Numbered from the stretch's first letter, positions 29,873 to 38,787 are shown. The stretch: DNA of 64,000 bases from an uncultured Actinomycetota bacterium (GCA_963701105.1 OY969565.1:1101086-1165085), one strand, 5' to 3'. Notes: generated from the sequence alone by a model not told the origin. Made by a program: numbers and translations.

Positions 29873-29933
29873 TGTCATTCTTAGCTTGACTCAGAATCTT
29901 TTTAAAAGACCCTGAACCAGGTTCAGGGAGACA
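29873..29933. mobile_element. MITE/REP-like double-hairpin element (TGTCAT...GACA family), copy 1
   Basis: TGTCATTCTTAGCTTGACTCAGAATCT-TTTTAAA-AGACCCTGAACCAGGTTCAGGGAGACA; perfect stem CCCTGAAC/GTTCAGGG. Confidence 0.65.
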
Positions 29934-29985
29934 AAATCAAAACTATCTTTTTAATGGAAAATGAATTTTTAATCAGGAGATTTAG

Positions 29986-32900
29986 ATGATATCCAGCGAT
30001 TCACAAAAAGAAGGATTGATTCAGAAACTCATTGAGTGGTCAATCAACAATAAATTTTTAGTAATACTTTTTACTGCCGCACTTATTCTCGGCGGAATTT
30101 GGGCAGTCCTTAACACTAAAGTAGACGCTATTCCGGATCTGAGCGATGTGCAGGTTATTATTTATACCGAATACCCCGGGCAGGGCCCGCAGATTGTGGA
30201 AGATCAGGTTACTTATCCTCTTACAACAAAAATGCTTTCAGTCCCTTATGCAAAGGATGTACGCGGTTATTCATTCTTCGGATTTTCGATGGTGTATATA
30301 ATATTTGAAGATGGTACGGATCTTTACTGGGCACGAAGCAGGGTCCTTGAATACCTGAACGGATTACGTTCTCAATTACCAGAAGGCATTAGTCCGCAGC
30401 TCGGTCCTGATGCCACAGGTCTCGGCTGGGTTTATCAATATGTACTTCAATCAGACAAGCGAAACCTGCAGGAGTTAAGATCTATACAGGATTATTTTCT
30501 AAAGTATGAGTTGTCTTCAATTCCGGGTGTTTCCGAAGTTGCAAGCGTTGGCGGATATGTAAAACAATACCAGGTAAATGTTGATCCTACAAAACTTGCT
30601 TACTATGGAATTCCACTTCAGAAAGTTAAAATGGCTATCCAGAGAAGCAATAATGATGTGGGGGGTCGGCTGCTGGAAATGGGTGAAGCAGAATATATGG
30701 TCCGCGGGCTGGGATATATAAAAAGTATAGATGATCTAAAGAAGGTTGCAATAGGTGTTTCATCTAATTCAGGTTCACCAATATACCTGGGTGATGTGGC
30801 AGATATAAATCTTGGACCGGAACTGAGACGTGGTTTAGCAGACTGGAATGGTGAAGGTGAAACCGTCGGCGGAATAATAATAATCCGTTACGGAGAAAAT
30901 GCCTTATCTGTTATTGAAAAAGTTAAGGAGCGTCTTGCCGAACTAAAAAAATCTTTACCTGCTGATGTTCAGATAAAAACCGCATACGACAGATCCAGTT
31001 TAATTGACCGTGCGATTAATAATCTTAAAGACAAGCTTTTTGAGGAAACCATTGTTGTTGCATTAATTATTATTCTTTTTCTACTTCATATCAGGAGTTC
31101 ACTCGTTGCAATATTCACTCTTCCCACTGCAGTGCTTGCTGCATTTCTTGTAATGAAAATGCAGGGAATAAATGCAAACATTATGTCTCTGGGTGGAATT
31201 GCAATTGCAATCGGTGCAATGGTTGATGCTTCAATTATCCTTGTTGAGAATGCACAGACGCATATGGTGCATAACCAGGAGAAACCTTTAAGTGAAAGAA
31301 TACCGCACTGGAAAGTAATACTGGAATCAGCTAAAGAAGTTGGTCCCTCAATATTTTATTCACTTCTAGTTATAACAGTTTCATTCATTCCTGTTTTCAC
31401 ACTTGAACAACAGGAAGGCAGAATGTTTAAACCTTTAGCGTTTACAAAAACATATTCAATGGCTGCTGCTGCAATATTAACTGTTACCATAGTTCCGATT
31501 CTTCTTGGATATTTTGTAAGGGGAAAGATGAAAAGAGAAGATGAAAACCCCATTACAAAGTTCCTGGCAAAACTGTATCATCCGGTCGTTGATTTCGTAA
31601 TGAACAAAAGATGGTGGGTAATGGGAGCAGCTGTTCTTATTGTACTGGTAACTTACTTCCCATTCTCTCAATTAGGTTCCGAGTTCATGCCTCCACTCGA
31701 TGAAGGTGATCTTCTTTATATGCCCACAACTCTTCCCGGTATTTCAATTACAAAAGCAAAAGAACTTCTTCAGCAGACAGATAAAATAATTAAATCATTC
31801 CCCGAAGTTGAATCAGTGTTTGGAAAAATAGGAAGAGCGGATACTCCTACTGATCCGGCACCGCTTTCAATGATTGAAACTACAATAAGATTAAAGCCGC
31901 ACGACCAGTGGCGATCAGGAATGACTACTGAAAAACTTATTGAAGAAATGAATAACGCAATCCAGATTCCAGGTTTAACAAATGCCTGGACGATGCCTAT
32001 CAAAACCAGGATAGATATGCTCTCAACGGGAATTAAAACTCCTGTAGGAATTAAAATTGCAGGACCCGATTTGAATGTTTTGCAAAACATAGGCAAACAA
32101 ATTGAAGAAGTTGCCAAAACAATTCCCGGGACACGCTCAGCTTACGCGGAAAGATCTGTGGGCGGAAATTATGTTGATTTCAATATTAACCGGGACGCTA
32201 TTGCACGTTACGGTTTAACCATTGGTGATGTACAGGATGTTTTTATGTCTGCTATCGGTGGAATGAATATAACAAAAACAGTAGAAGGACTTGAAAGATA
32301 TCCGGTTAATCTTCGTTACCAGAGAGATTACAGGGAAAATCTTGAAGCATTGAAGCGTGTTCTTGTTCCTACTCCTGCCGGCGGAAATATTCCGCTTGAA
32401 GAACTCGGATCGTTTGAAGTTAAAAAGGGTCCTCCGATGATCAAATCTGAAAATGCCCGACCAAATACCTGGGTTTATATTGATATACAAAACATCGATG
32501 TAGGAACTTATGTTGACAGGGCAAAAGAAATTATAAACAGCAAGGTAACTCTGCCTCCGGGCTATTCAATCAAATGGAGCGGACAGTTTGAATATATGGA
32601 AAGAGCATCGAAACATTTAATGCTTGTAATTCCATTAACTATCCTAATCGTAATAGTACTGCTTTATATGAATACAAAATCAATTCTGAAAACAGGAATT
32701 GTACTTCTCGCACTTCCCTTCTCAATGGTTGGGGCAATCTGGTACCTGTATATCGCGGGATTCCATTTAAGCGTCGCTGTTTGGGTTGGTGTTATTGCAC
32801 TTCTTGGTGTGGATGCAGAAACCGGAGTGGTTATGCTTCTTTATCTCGATATAGCTTATGAGAAATTCAGGAAAAAAGGTTTGCTTACAAGTATATCAAA

Positions 32901-33162
32901 TCTTAGAGAGGCAATATTTGATGGAGCGGTTAAGCGAGTCCGTCCGAAACTTATGACAGTACTAACAATGCTTTTCGGTCTTCTTCCGATTTTGATAGGA
33001 ATGGGAACCGGAAGTGATGTAATGAAAAGAATAGCTGCCCCGATGGTAGGCGGAATTCTAACAAGTTTAATTCTAGAACTCACTGTTTATCCGGCAATCT
33101 TTTTTTCAATTAAGAAAAGAGAAGTTAGTAAACAACTAAAAATTAACAATGAACAGTTATAA
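29986..33162 (+). CDS. cusA: CusA/SilA heavy-metal (Cu+/Ag+) RND efflux pump
   Basis: Motifs DAIPDLSDVQVI, LGPDATGLGWVYQY, NIMSLGGIAIAIGAMVDA, EFMPPLDEGDLLYMP, WTMPIKTRIDMLSTG, RVRPKLMT and RIAAPMVGG. Confidence 0.95.
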   Translation: MISSDSQKEGLIQKLIEWSINNKFLVILFTAALILGGIWAVLNTKVDAIPDLSDVQVIIYTEYPGQGPQIVEDQVTYPLTTKMLSVPYAKDVRGYSFFGFSMVYIIFEDGTDLYWARSRVLEYLNGLRSQLPEGISPQLGPDATGLGWVYQYVLQSDKRNLQELRSIQDYFLKYELSSIPGVSEVASVGGYVKQYQVNVDPTKLAYYGIPLQKVKMAIQRSNNDVGGRLLEMGEAEYMVRGLGYIKSIDDLKKVAIGVSSNSGSPIYLGDVADINLGPELRRGLADWNGEGETVGGIIIIRYGENALSVIEKVKERLAELKKSLPADVQIKTAYDRSSLIDRAINNLKDKLFEETIVVALIIILFLLHIRSSLVAIFTLPTAVLAAFLVMKMQGINANIMSLGGIAIAIGAMVDASIILVENAQTHMVHNQEKPLSERIPHWKVILESAKEVGPSIFYSLLVITVSFIPVFTLEQQEGRMFKPLAFTKTYSMAAAAILTVTIVPILLGYFVRGKMKREDENPITKFLAKLYHPVVDFVMNKRWWVMGAAVLIVLVTYFPFSQLGSEFMPPLDEGDLLYMPTTLPGISITKAKELLQQTDKIIKSFPEVESVFGKIGRADTPTDPAPLSMIETTIRLKPHDQWRSGMTTEKLIEEMNNAIQIPGLTNAWTMPIKTRIDMLSTGIKTPVGIKIAGPDLNVLQNIGKQIEEVAKTIPGTRSAYAERSVGGNYVDFNINRDAIARYGLTIGDVQDVFMSAIGGMNITKTVEGLERYPVNLRYQRDYRENLEALKRVLVPTPAGGNIPLEELGSFEVKKGPPMIKSENARPNTWVYIDIQNIDVGTYVDRAKEIINSKVTLPPGYSIKWSGQFEYMERASKHLMLVIPLTILIVIVLLYMNTKSILKTGIVLLALPFSMVGAIWYLYIAGFHLSVAVWVGVIALLGVDAETGVVMLLYLDIAYEKFRKKGLLTSISNLREAIFDGAVKRVRPKLMTVLTMLFGLLPILIGMGTGSDVMKRIAAPMVGGILTSLILELTVYPAIFFSIKKREVSKQLKINNEQL

Positions 33163-33192
33163 CCTAAAACCAAAATACAAAAGGAGCACAAA

Positions 33193-33615
33193 ATGAAAAA
33201 CGTTCGCTTTATTAACACAGCAATCTTTACTGCAGTTTTAACTTTATTCCTGATATCTGGTACTCTTGCCCAGGATAAAAAGGATGATGCCTGCTGTAAA
33301 TCTTCGGATAAGAAAACAGAAAAGATGGAACACTCAGATAAAGATTGTCCCGGTATGAATAAATCGATTGAAAAGTTGGGAGATAATCAGTCCACCAATC
33401 CGGAAGCTAAACAGGTTGACAGCAAACTTGTTGCGTGGAATATTGTTTGCCCCGTGAGAGGTGAAGAAGTAGATCCGGAAGCAAATAAAGTAGAATACAA
33501 TGGAAAAGTGTACGGATTCTGCTGCAACGGCTGCGATACCAAGTTTATGAAAGATCCTGTAAAGTATTCCAAAAATCTAAGTGAAGATGGCAAAACTTTT
33601 GTTGGAACCAAGTAA
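33193..33615 (+). CDS. Exported YHS-domain protein
   Basis: Signal peptide, CCK and CPGM motifs, then CPVRGEEV...EYNGKVYGFCCNGCDTKFMKDPVKY. Confidence 0.85.
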   Translation: MKNVRFINTAIFTAVLTLFLISGTLAQDKKDDACCKSSDKKTEKMEHSDKDCPGMNKSIEKLGDNQSTNPEAKQVDSKLVAWNIVCPVRGEEVDPEANKVEYNGKVYGFCCNGCDTKFMKDPVKYSKNLSEDGKTFVGTK

Positions 33616-33626
33616 TATAAATATTA

Positions 33627-33650
33627 GTAGCTCAGGACTCCTGTCCTGAG
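33627..33650 (+). repeat. GTAG-REP-like hairpin
   Basis: GTAG-CTCAGGAC-TCCT-GTCCTGAG; the 20-mer core is identical at 38792-38811. Confidence 0.8.
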
Positions 33651-33718
33651 CTTACATTTTTTTGATGCTAATAAGCACATGGGCTTCTTCTTTTCTTTCT
33701 ATTGAATACATGACCCTG

Positions 33719-33782
33719 GTAGCCCGGGTTACTTATTTTGTTAATACAAAATAATTCATTGTAATCCAGGATTACAGGCTAC
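33719..33782. repeat. Cluster of GTAG-led palindromes upstream of copB
   Basis: GTAGCCCGGGTTAC (33719-33732), inner stem TTATTTTG/CAAAATAA, perfect TGTAATCC-A-GGATTACA (33760-33776), and minus-strand GTAG at 33782-33779. Confidence 0.6.
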
Positions 33783-33839
33783 ACTTTACAGATACTAAAT
33801 ACAGTGACAATAACTAAAACATATACTTAAAACTGTGAT

Positions 33840-33941
33840 ATGATGGAGATACTAATAATATTGGCTTTTGTTGGAATTGTAATATTCGCGGCAGTAAGAA
33901 AATTTAAACAAACAGATAAAGGAAAGGATTGTTGTAAATAG
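33840..33941 (+). CDS. Small single-TM protein with C-terminal CC (33 aa), absent from the ORF track
   Basis: MMEILIILAFVGIVIFAAVRKFKQTDKGKDCCK*: hydrophobic helix, basic inside-positive patch and terminal Cys pair. Confidence 0.65.
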   Translation: MMEILIILAFVGIVIFAAVRKFKQTDKGKDCCK

Positions 33942-34045
33942 ATTTATTAAAGATGATGATTAATAATTCTGTAAATAATAATCAACAAAATGTAACGCAT
34001 AATAATTTCAACAACTTATTTTAGTAATAAAGTTCAATTAAAAAA

Positions 34046-36118
34046 ATGAAAAACAAACATCACGGTCACGACAAACATTCAGAAATGGATCATACAAAAC
34101 ATAATGACCAAAGTTCTCATGAAAAGATGAATCATAAAAAAGATGAGCACTCAGGACATAACCATTCCGCACACCATGGTCATATGATTGAAGATTTCAA
34201 GAAAAGGTTTTGGATATCACTCGGAATAACAATTCCAATCCTACTACTCTCCCCTCTTGTTCAGCAATTTCTCGGACTAAAAGAAACTTTGCGCTTCAGT
34301 GGTGACTTATATGTTTTGTTCGCACTTTCAACATTCACGTTTTTCTACGGCGGCTGGCCTTTTTTAAAAGGACTATTTGATGAGTTGAAAAAAAAGCAGT
34401 CCGGGATGATGACATTAATCGCACTTGCAATTTCGATCGCCTATTTCTACAGCGGTGCGGTTGTGTTCGGAGTTAAAGGTGAGGTATTCTTCTGGGAACT
34501 CGCAACCCTGATTGATATTATGCTTCTCGGTCATTGGATAGAAATGAAATCAGTAATGGGCGCTTCAAAAGCCCTAGAAGAACTTGCCAAACTTATGCCG
34601 GATGAAGCTCATAAAATTGATGAAGACGGGAATGTTACTGGTGTTCCGGTTTCCGAACTTAAGCACGAAGCTAAATTATTAATAAAACCGGGAGAAAAAA
34701 TTCCGGCCGATGGAAAAATCTATGAGGGTAAAACGTCCATTAATGAAGCTATGATTACAGGCGAGTCAAAACCTGTTTCAAAAAGTGAGGGCGATAGTGT
34801 GATTGGCGGTTCAATAAACGGCGAAGGATCAATTAAAATTGAAGTTGAGAAAATAGGTGTTGAAACTTTCCTTTCGCAGGTGGTAAAAATGGTTAAGGAA
34901 GCACAGGAAAGTAAATCCAAAACTCAGAATTTTGCCGACAAAGCTGCATTCTGGTTGACTATTGTCGCAATTACTTCCGGCGCGTTAACAATGTTTGTAT
35001 GGCTTGTGTTTACCGGGCAAAGTTTTAATTTCGCATTATCCAGAACAGTTACGGTGATGGTAATTACCTGTCCTCACGCTCTCGGTTTAGCAATACCGTT
35101 AGTTGTTTCAGTTTCAACAGCTCTTTCCGCAAAGAGTGGTTTACTCATAAGAAACAGAAACGCATTCGAACAGGCAAGAAAGATCCAGGCAATCATTTTT
35201 GATAAGACAGGAACATTAACCAAAGGTGAATTCGGGGTAACGGAAACTATTAGTTTCGATAAAGATTATGACGAAAAAGAAATATTAAAATATGCTGCAG
35301 CAATTGAATCAGAATCAGAACACCCAATTGCATTAGGGATTGTTAAATCAATAGAAGAAAAATATGATCTTAAAGATTTCAACTCAATTCCCGGTAAAGG
35401 TGTGGAAGGAAAAGTTGAGGGCAAAGATGTGAAGGTTGTTAGTCCCGGTTATCTTGAAGAAAACAAGATTGAGACAAAAGAAAAAGATAAAATAGATAAA
35501 CTGTCCGGGCAGGGAAAAACTGTTGTATTTGTTTTGATTGAAAATAAACTGGTCGGAGCAATTGCATTAGGTGATATTATCCGCGAAGAATCTAAAGAAG
35601 CAATAAAGCAGCTGAAAGAAATGGGTGTTAAACCTATGATGCTTACCGGAGATAATAAGCAGGTTGCTAAATGGGTCGCAGATGAACTCGGACTTGATGA
35701 TTATTTTGCAGAAGTACTTCCCGATAAAAAAGCAGATAAAGTAAAAGAAGTGCAATCACGCGGATTAATTGTAGCAATGACAGGCGACGGTGTAAACGAT
35801 GCCCCCGCACTGGCACAGGCTGATGTTGGAATTGCTATAGGCACAGGAACGGACGTAGCGGTTGAAACTGCAGATATAATTCTAGTAAAAAGTAATCCGA
35901 AAGATGTTGTTACATTAATTAAATTTTCAAAAGCAACTTATAGTAAAATGGTTCAGAATTTAATTTGGGCCACAGGTTATAATCTTATCGCTATTCCCCT
36001 TGCTGCGGGAGTTTTGTTTTCGGATGGGATTGTTTTAAGTCCTGCAATGGGTGCTGTATTAATGTCACTCAGCACTATTATTGTTGCAGTAAACGCAAAG
36101 TTGTTAAAGGTTAAATGA
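34046..36118 (+). CDS. copB: Copper-translocating P1B-3 type ATPase (CopB)
   Basis: His-rich N-terminus, TGES, CPH in the TM, DKTGTLT, SEHP, TGDGVNDAPAL, WATGYN and MSLST. Confidence 0.93.
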   Translation: MKNKHHGHDKHSEMDHTKHNDQSSHEKMNHKKDEHSGHNHSAHHGHMIEDFKKRFWISLGITIPILLLSPLVQQFLGLKETLRFSGDLYVLFALSTFTFFYGGWPFLKGLFDELKKKQSGMMTLIALAISIAYFYSGAVVFGVKGEVFFWELATLIDIMLLGHWIEMKSVMGASKALEELAKLMPDEAHKIDEDGNVTGVPVSELKHEAKLLIKPGEKIPADGKIYEGKTSINEAMITGESKPVSKSEGDSVIGGSINGEGSIKIEVEKIGVETFLSQVVKMVKEAQESKSKTQNFADKAAFWLTIVAITSGALTMFVWLVFTGQSFNFALSRTVTVMVITCPHALGLAIPLVVSVSTALSAKSGLLIRNRNAFEQARKIQAIIFDKTGTLTKGEFGVTETISFDKDYDEKEILKYAAAIESESEHPIALGIVKSIEEKYDLKDFNSIPGKGVEGKVEGKDVKVVSPGYLEENKIETKEKDKIDKLSGQGKTVVFVLIENKLVGAIALGDIIREESKEAIKQLKEMGVKPMMLTGDNKQVAKWVADELGLDDYFAEVLPDKKADKVKEVQSRGLIVAMTGDGVNDAPALAQADVGIAIGTGTDVAVETADIILVKSNPKDVVTLIKFSKATYSKMVQNLIWATGYNLIAIPLAAGVLFSDGIVLSPAMGAVLMSLSTIIVAVNAKLLKVK

Positions 36119-36215
36119 CAGAACTGCTCTGTTCATCACAACTTTAGTCATAGGATGAACCGATATTTAAATAATGTGTTGAATAAATTGAAAAATAATA
36201 TTTAAGGAAATTAAA

Positions 36216-36443
36216 ATGTTTCATGGATGGATGTGGGGAGGAGGAATGTGGTTTGGCTGGATTTTCTGGCTCGTTATAATTGGTGTTATTGTCTGGCTGG
36301 TTATGAATCAATCCGGCAGAAACCGGAATCAGAACCAGGTAAATCCACACCAGGAATCACACCTGGATATACTTAAAAAAAGATATGCCAGAGGAGAAAT
36401 CAACAAAGAACAATTTGAACAGATGAAGAAAGATCTGGAATAA
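36216..36443 (+). CDS. SHOCT-domain small membrane protein
   Basis: MFHGWMWGGGMW, then a TM, then LDILKKRYARGEINKEQFEQMKKDL. Confidence 0.88.
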   Translation: MFHGWMWGGGMWFGWIFWLVIIGVIVWLVMNQSGRNRNQNQVNPHQESHLDILKKRYARGEINKEQFEQMKKDLE

Positions 36444-36486
36444 TTAGTTAGTTAATATTATAATAAACTCAATGAAGGAGGTTCTA

Positions 36487-36951
36487 ATGAATATTTTAAA
36501 GAAAATTATGCGGTATAACACTATTCTTTTTACGGGAATTTTGTTTTCAGTTTTAATAATTGCTCCACAGTCTTTCGCACAGCAGAATATGGGAAATATG
36601 CATAACAATATGAACCAGAATATGCAGCACCAGATGAATAATATGCATGAAATGATGCAGCAGATGAACAATATGAATGATCAAATGGGAAATATGATGC
36701 AGCAGCAGAATCAAATGCAGAATATGCAGGGAATGAATTCACTGATGGGAAATATGCATAATATGTCCGGGCAAATGAAAGACATGTTGTCTCAAATGGA
36801 TGAGATGATGCAGAACAAATCTTACCAGACGAATGAGGGAATGCACAAGAACATGGAAGAAATGATGGACAATATGAAAAACATGATGAACAATTTTAAA
36901 GGGATGATGAATAACTTCGAAGAATCAAAACCAGATAAAACTCAGAAGTAA
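36487..36951 (+). CDS. Secreted Met/Asn/Gln-rich protein
   Basis: AGGAGG RBS precedes the ATG at 36487; signal peptide ends SFA|QQ; about 33 Met and 5 His in the 123-aa mature part. Confidence 0.8.
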   Translation: MNILKKIMRYNTILFTGILFSVLIIAPQSFAQQNMGNMHNNMNQNMQHQMNNMHEMMQQMNNMNDQMGNMMQQQNQMQNMQGMNSLMGNMHNMSGQMKDMLSQMDEMMQNKSYQTNEGMHKNMEEMMDNMKNMMNNFKGMMNNFEESKPDKTQK

Positions 36952-36953
36952 GA

Positions 36954-37802
36954 ATGTCCTTAAATAGAAAATTTCTCATTTCATTTGCTATTTTGTTTGC
37001 AGGTTCGCTTAGTGTTAATGGACAGAGTAAATGGTCAGTCAGTACAAACTTACAGTTTGCAAGCGGCAATTATCTATCTACCGAAAGGTTAAACAGCTAT
37101 TACCTGTTCGGTGGTGTAAGATATGAAACCGATGATTATTCAATTGCCCTGTCCATTCCTTTTATAGTTTCAAACGGACAGAATGTTTCGCAGTTCGGAA
37201 ATATCTATTTACCCAATCATATGGGTTCGGGTTCTTCTGGTATGATGGGAACAGGAGGTCAGGGCGGAGGCCATATGCCGGGCAGCGGAAGTTTGCTCTC
37301 CACTTCATCATCTGAAAATTCAGGTATTGGTGATCTTTACCTCTATTCTAATTACAACCTTTTTAATCAGTACTCATCGCCGTTAGGTTTAGCTATCGGG
37401 GGTTATATTAAATTCCCAACTGCATCCACAGCAAGTGGATTTGGTACAGGTAAATTTGATTTCAGTTTATCAACCACACTAAAGAGGAGTTTTAACTCCT
37501 GGCTTGTTTATGCCAGCGGAGGATATATTTTTCTAGGGAAACCTGACAGTGTTGATTATAAAAATCCTTTTACTTTGAATGCAGGAATAGGAAAATCTTT
37601 TGGGGATGGTGATTTCTCGGTTTTATTAAGTTACAGTCTTTATTCTAAAATTCTGGATATTTATGAAATGCCGCAGGAATTATCTTTGGGATTAAATATA
37701 ATTGCAAATGATAAAATATCTTATTCTTTAATTGGTTCAGCCGGTCTCTCAAACTCTACTCCTGATTACGTATTCTCCGCAGGATTAAAATATAATTTAT
37801 AA
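36954..37802 (+). CDS. Outer-membrane beta-barrel (MetA-pathway/SphA-like transporter) with a Met/His/Gly loop
   Basis: Signal peptide; GIGDLYL, IKFPTA...GFGTGKFD; loop NHMGSGSSGMMGTGGQGGGHMPG; C-terminal AGLKYNL. Confidence 0.7.
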   Translation: MSLNRKFLISFAILFAGSLSVNGQSKWSVSTNLQFASGNYLSTERLNSYYLFGGVRYETDDYSIALSIPFIVSNGQNVSQFGNIYLPNHMGSGSSGMMGTGGQGGGHMPGSGSLLSTSSSENSGIGDLYLYSNYNLFNQYSSPLGLAIGGYIKFPTASTASGFGTGKFDFSLSTTLKRSFNSWLVYASGGYIFLGKPDSVDYKNPFTLNAGIGKSFGDGDFSVLLSYSLYSKILDIYEMPQELSLGLNIIANDKISYSLIGSAGLSNSTPDYVFSAGLKYNL

Positions 37803-37891
37803 TGTTAGACATTGACTTATGGTATACATCCAATGCAGCTCATCTACTTTAAAAGAAATATGCCGGCTCTTAAATCTCCGGCAGTCAGATA

Positions 37892-37912
37892 CCTGCCTGT
37901 CTGAAAGGCAGG
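37892..37912. repeat. CCTGCCT-N7-AGGCAGG hairpin element
   Basis: CCTGCCT-GTCTGAA-AGGCAGG; adjacent TGCCGG..CCGGCA stem at 37861-37883; lies between convergent genes. Confidence 0.7.
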
Positions 37913-37954
37913 CTTCAGGTTGAGCAATAAATTATAGTAAAGACTTTAAATTTA

Positions 37955-38497
37955 TCAATCCAGACTGCTTTTTGCATCGTTGCCATGATCTCTCAATTGA
38001 GCATCAAACCATTGATGTATAGCATTTATTACTTCAGATTGCGTTGAAACAAATGTAAGCTGTGCCCCATCAGGTAATTTTTTATATTCAACTTTAAACT
38101 TACCCTTTGCTCCGGATAAAATATCTAAGCCGGGCATATTCATTCCGTGCAGAGTTTTGGGATCTCTGAAATCCGCATTTGAAAATAAAGTACATTCTTT
38201 TTTCAGGTGACTTTGTACCAGGGCTGCTTGTGTCGTGTCTTTCATATCTTTTGTCTTTATTATTAAAATACCCCCGTTATCATCTTTGATAAAATAGTGA
38301 GTGACTTTATTCATATCAAAAGGCATAACCATCGGACTTTCGGAATGAATCATATGTTGCCTGTGCATCGAAGTTGAATCACTCATATGATTATTGTTTT
38401 CATCCTGTGCATATGAACTGCTGATTATAAACAGGCAGGCAAAAACCAGCATAAGTAAAGTATATTTAATTTTCCCGATTATTGAAGTTGTTTTCAA
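37955..38497 (-). CDS. Exported His/Met-rich conserved hypothetical protein
   Basis: TTG start at 38497 with AGGAG 6 nt upstream; signal peptide ends SYA|QD; NHMSDSTSMHRQHMIH...MPFDMNKVTHYF...GG; ends QLRDHGNDA. Confidence 0.7.
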   Translation of the reverse strand: MKTTSIIGKIKYTLLMLVFACLFIISSSYAQDENNNHMSDSTSMHRQHMIHSESPMVMPFDMNKVTHYFIKDDNGGILIIKTKDMKDTTQAALVQSHLKKECTLFSNADFRDPKTLHGMNMPGLDILSGAKGKFKVEYKKLPDGAQLTFVSTQSEVINAIHQWFDAQLRDHGNDAKSSLD

Positions 38498-38563
38498 TTT
38501 AATCTCCTGAGAATAGTTTTTAAACTCTGTTAAAATTTCCCTCACTCCCCTTCCACAATTTTT

Positions 38564-38586
38564 ACCTGCCTGCATACAAGGCAGGT
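38564..38586. repeat. CCTGCCT-N7-AGGCAGG hairpin element
   Basis: ACCTGCCT-GCATACA-AGGCAGGT. Confidence 0.7.
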
Positions 38587-38787
38587 CTCTTCTTCCTTTA
38601 GGCATATAAACAAGCTGGTCAATTTCTTGTGATTTTTTCGCATCTTCTGTTTTTGAATTATCTACAAGCTGTTTTACTTTATCGGGAACCCCGACATTTA
38701 TTTTACTTTTTATATCATTAATTAGTTTAAACATAACAAGGGAAGATGATTTACTCAACAATTAATTTTTATTCGATCTTCTGATCC

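Noticed and set aside
38498-38761. 5' extensions of the longest-ORF calls (37955..38761, 38883..41039, 59278..59922, 12021..13490, 51337..51951, 53533..54804)
   Set aside because: Downstream starts mostly have clear RBSs and/or begin signal peptides, and some extensions run through repeats or promoter DNA.
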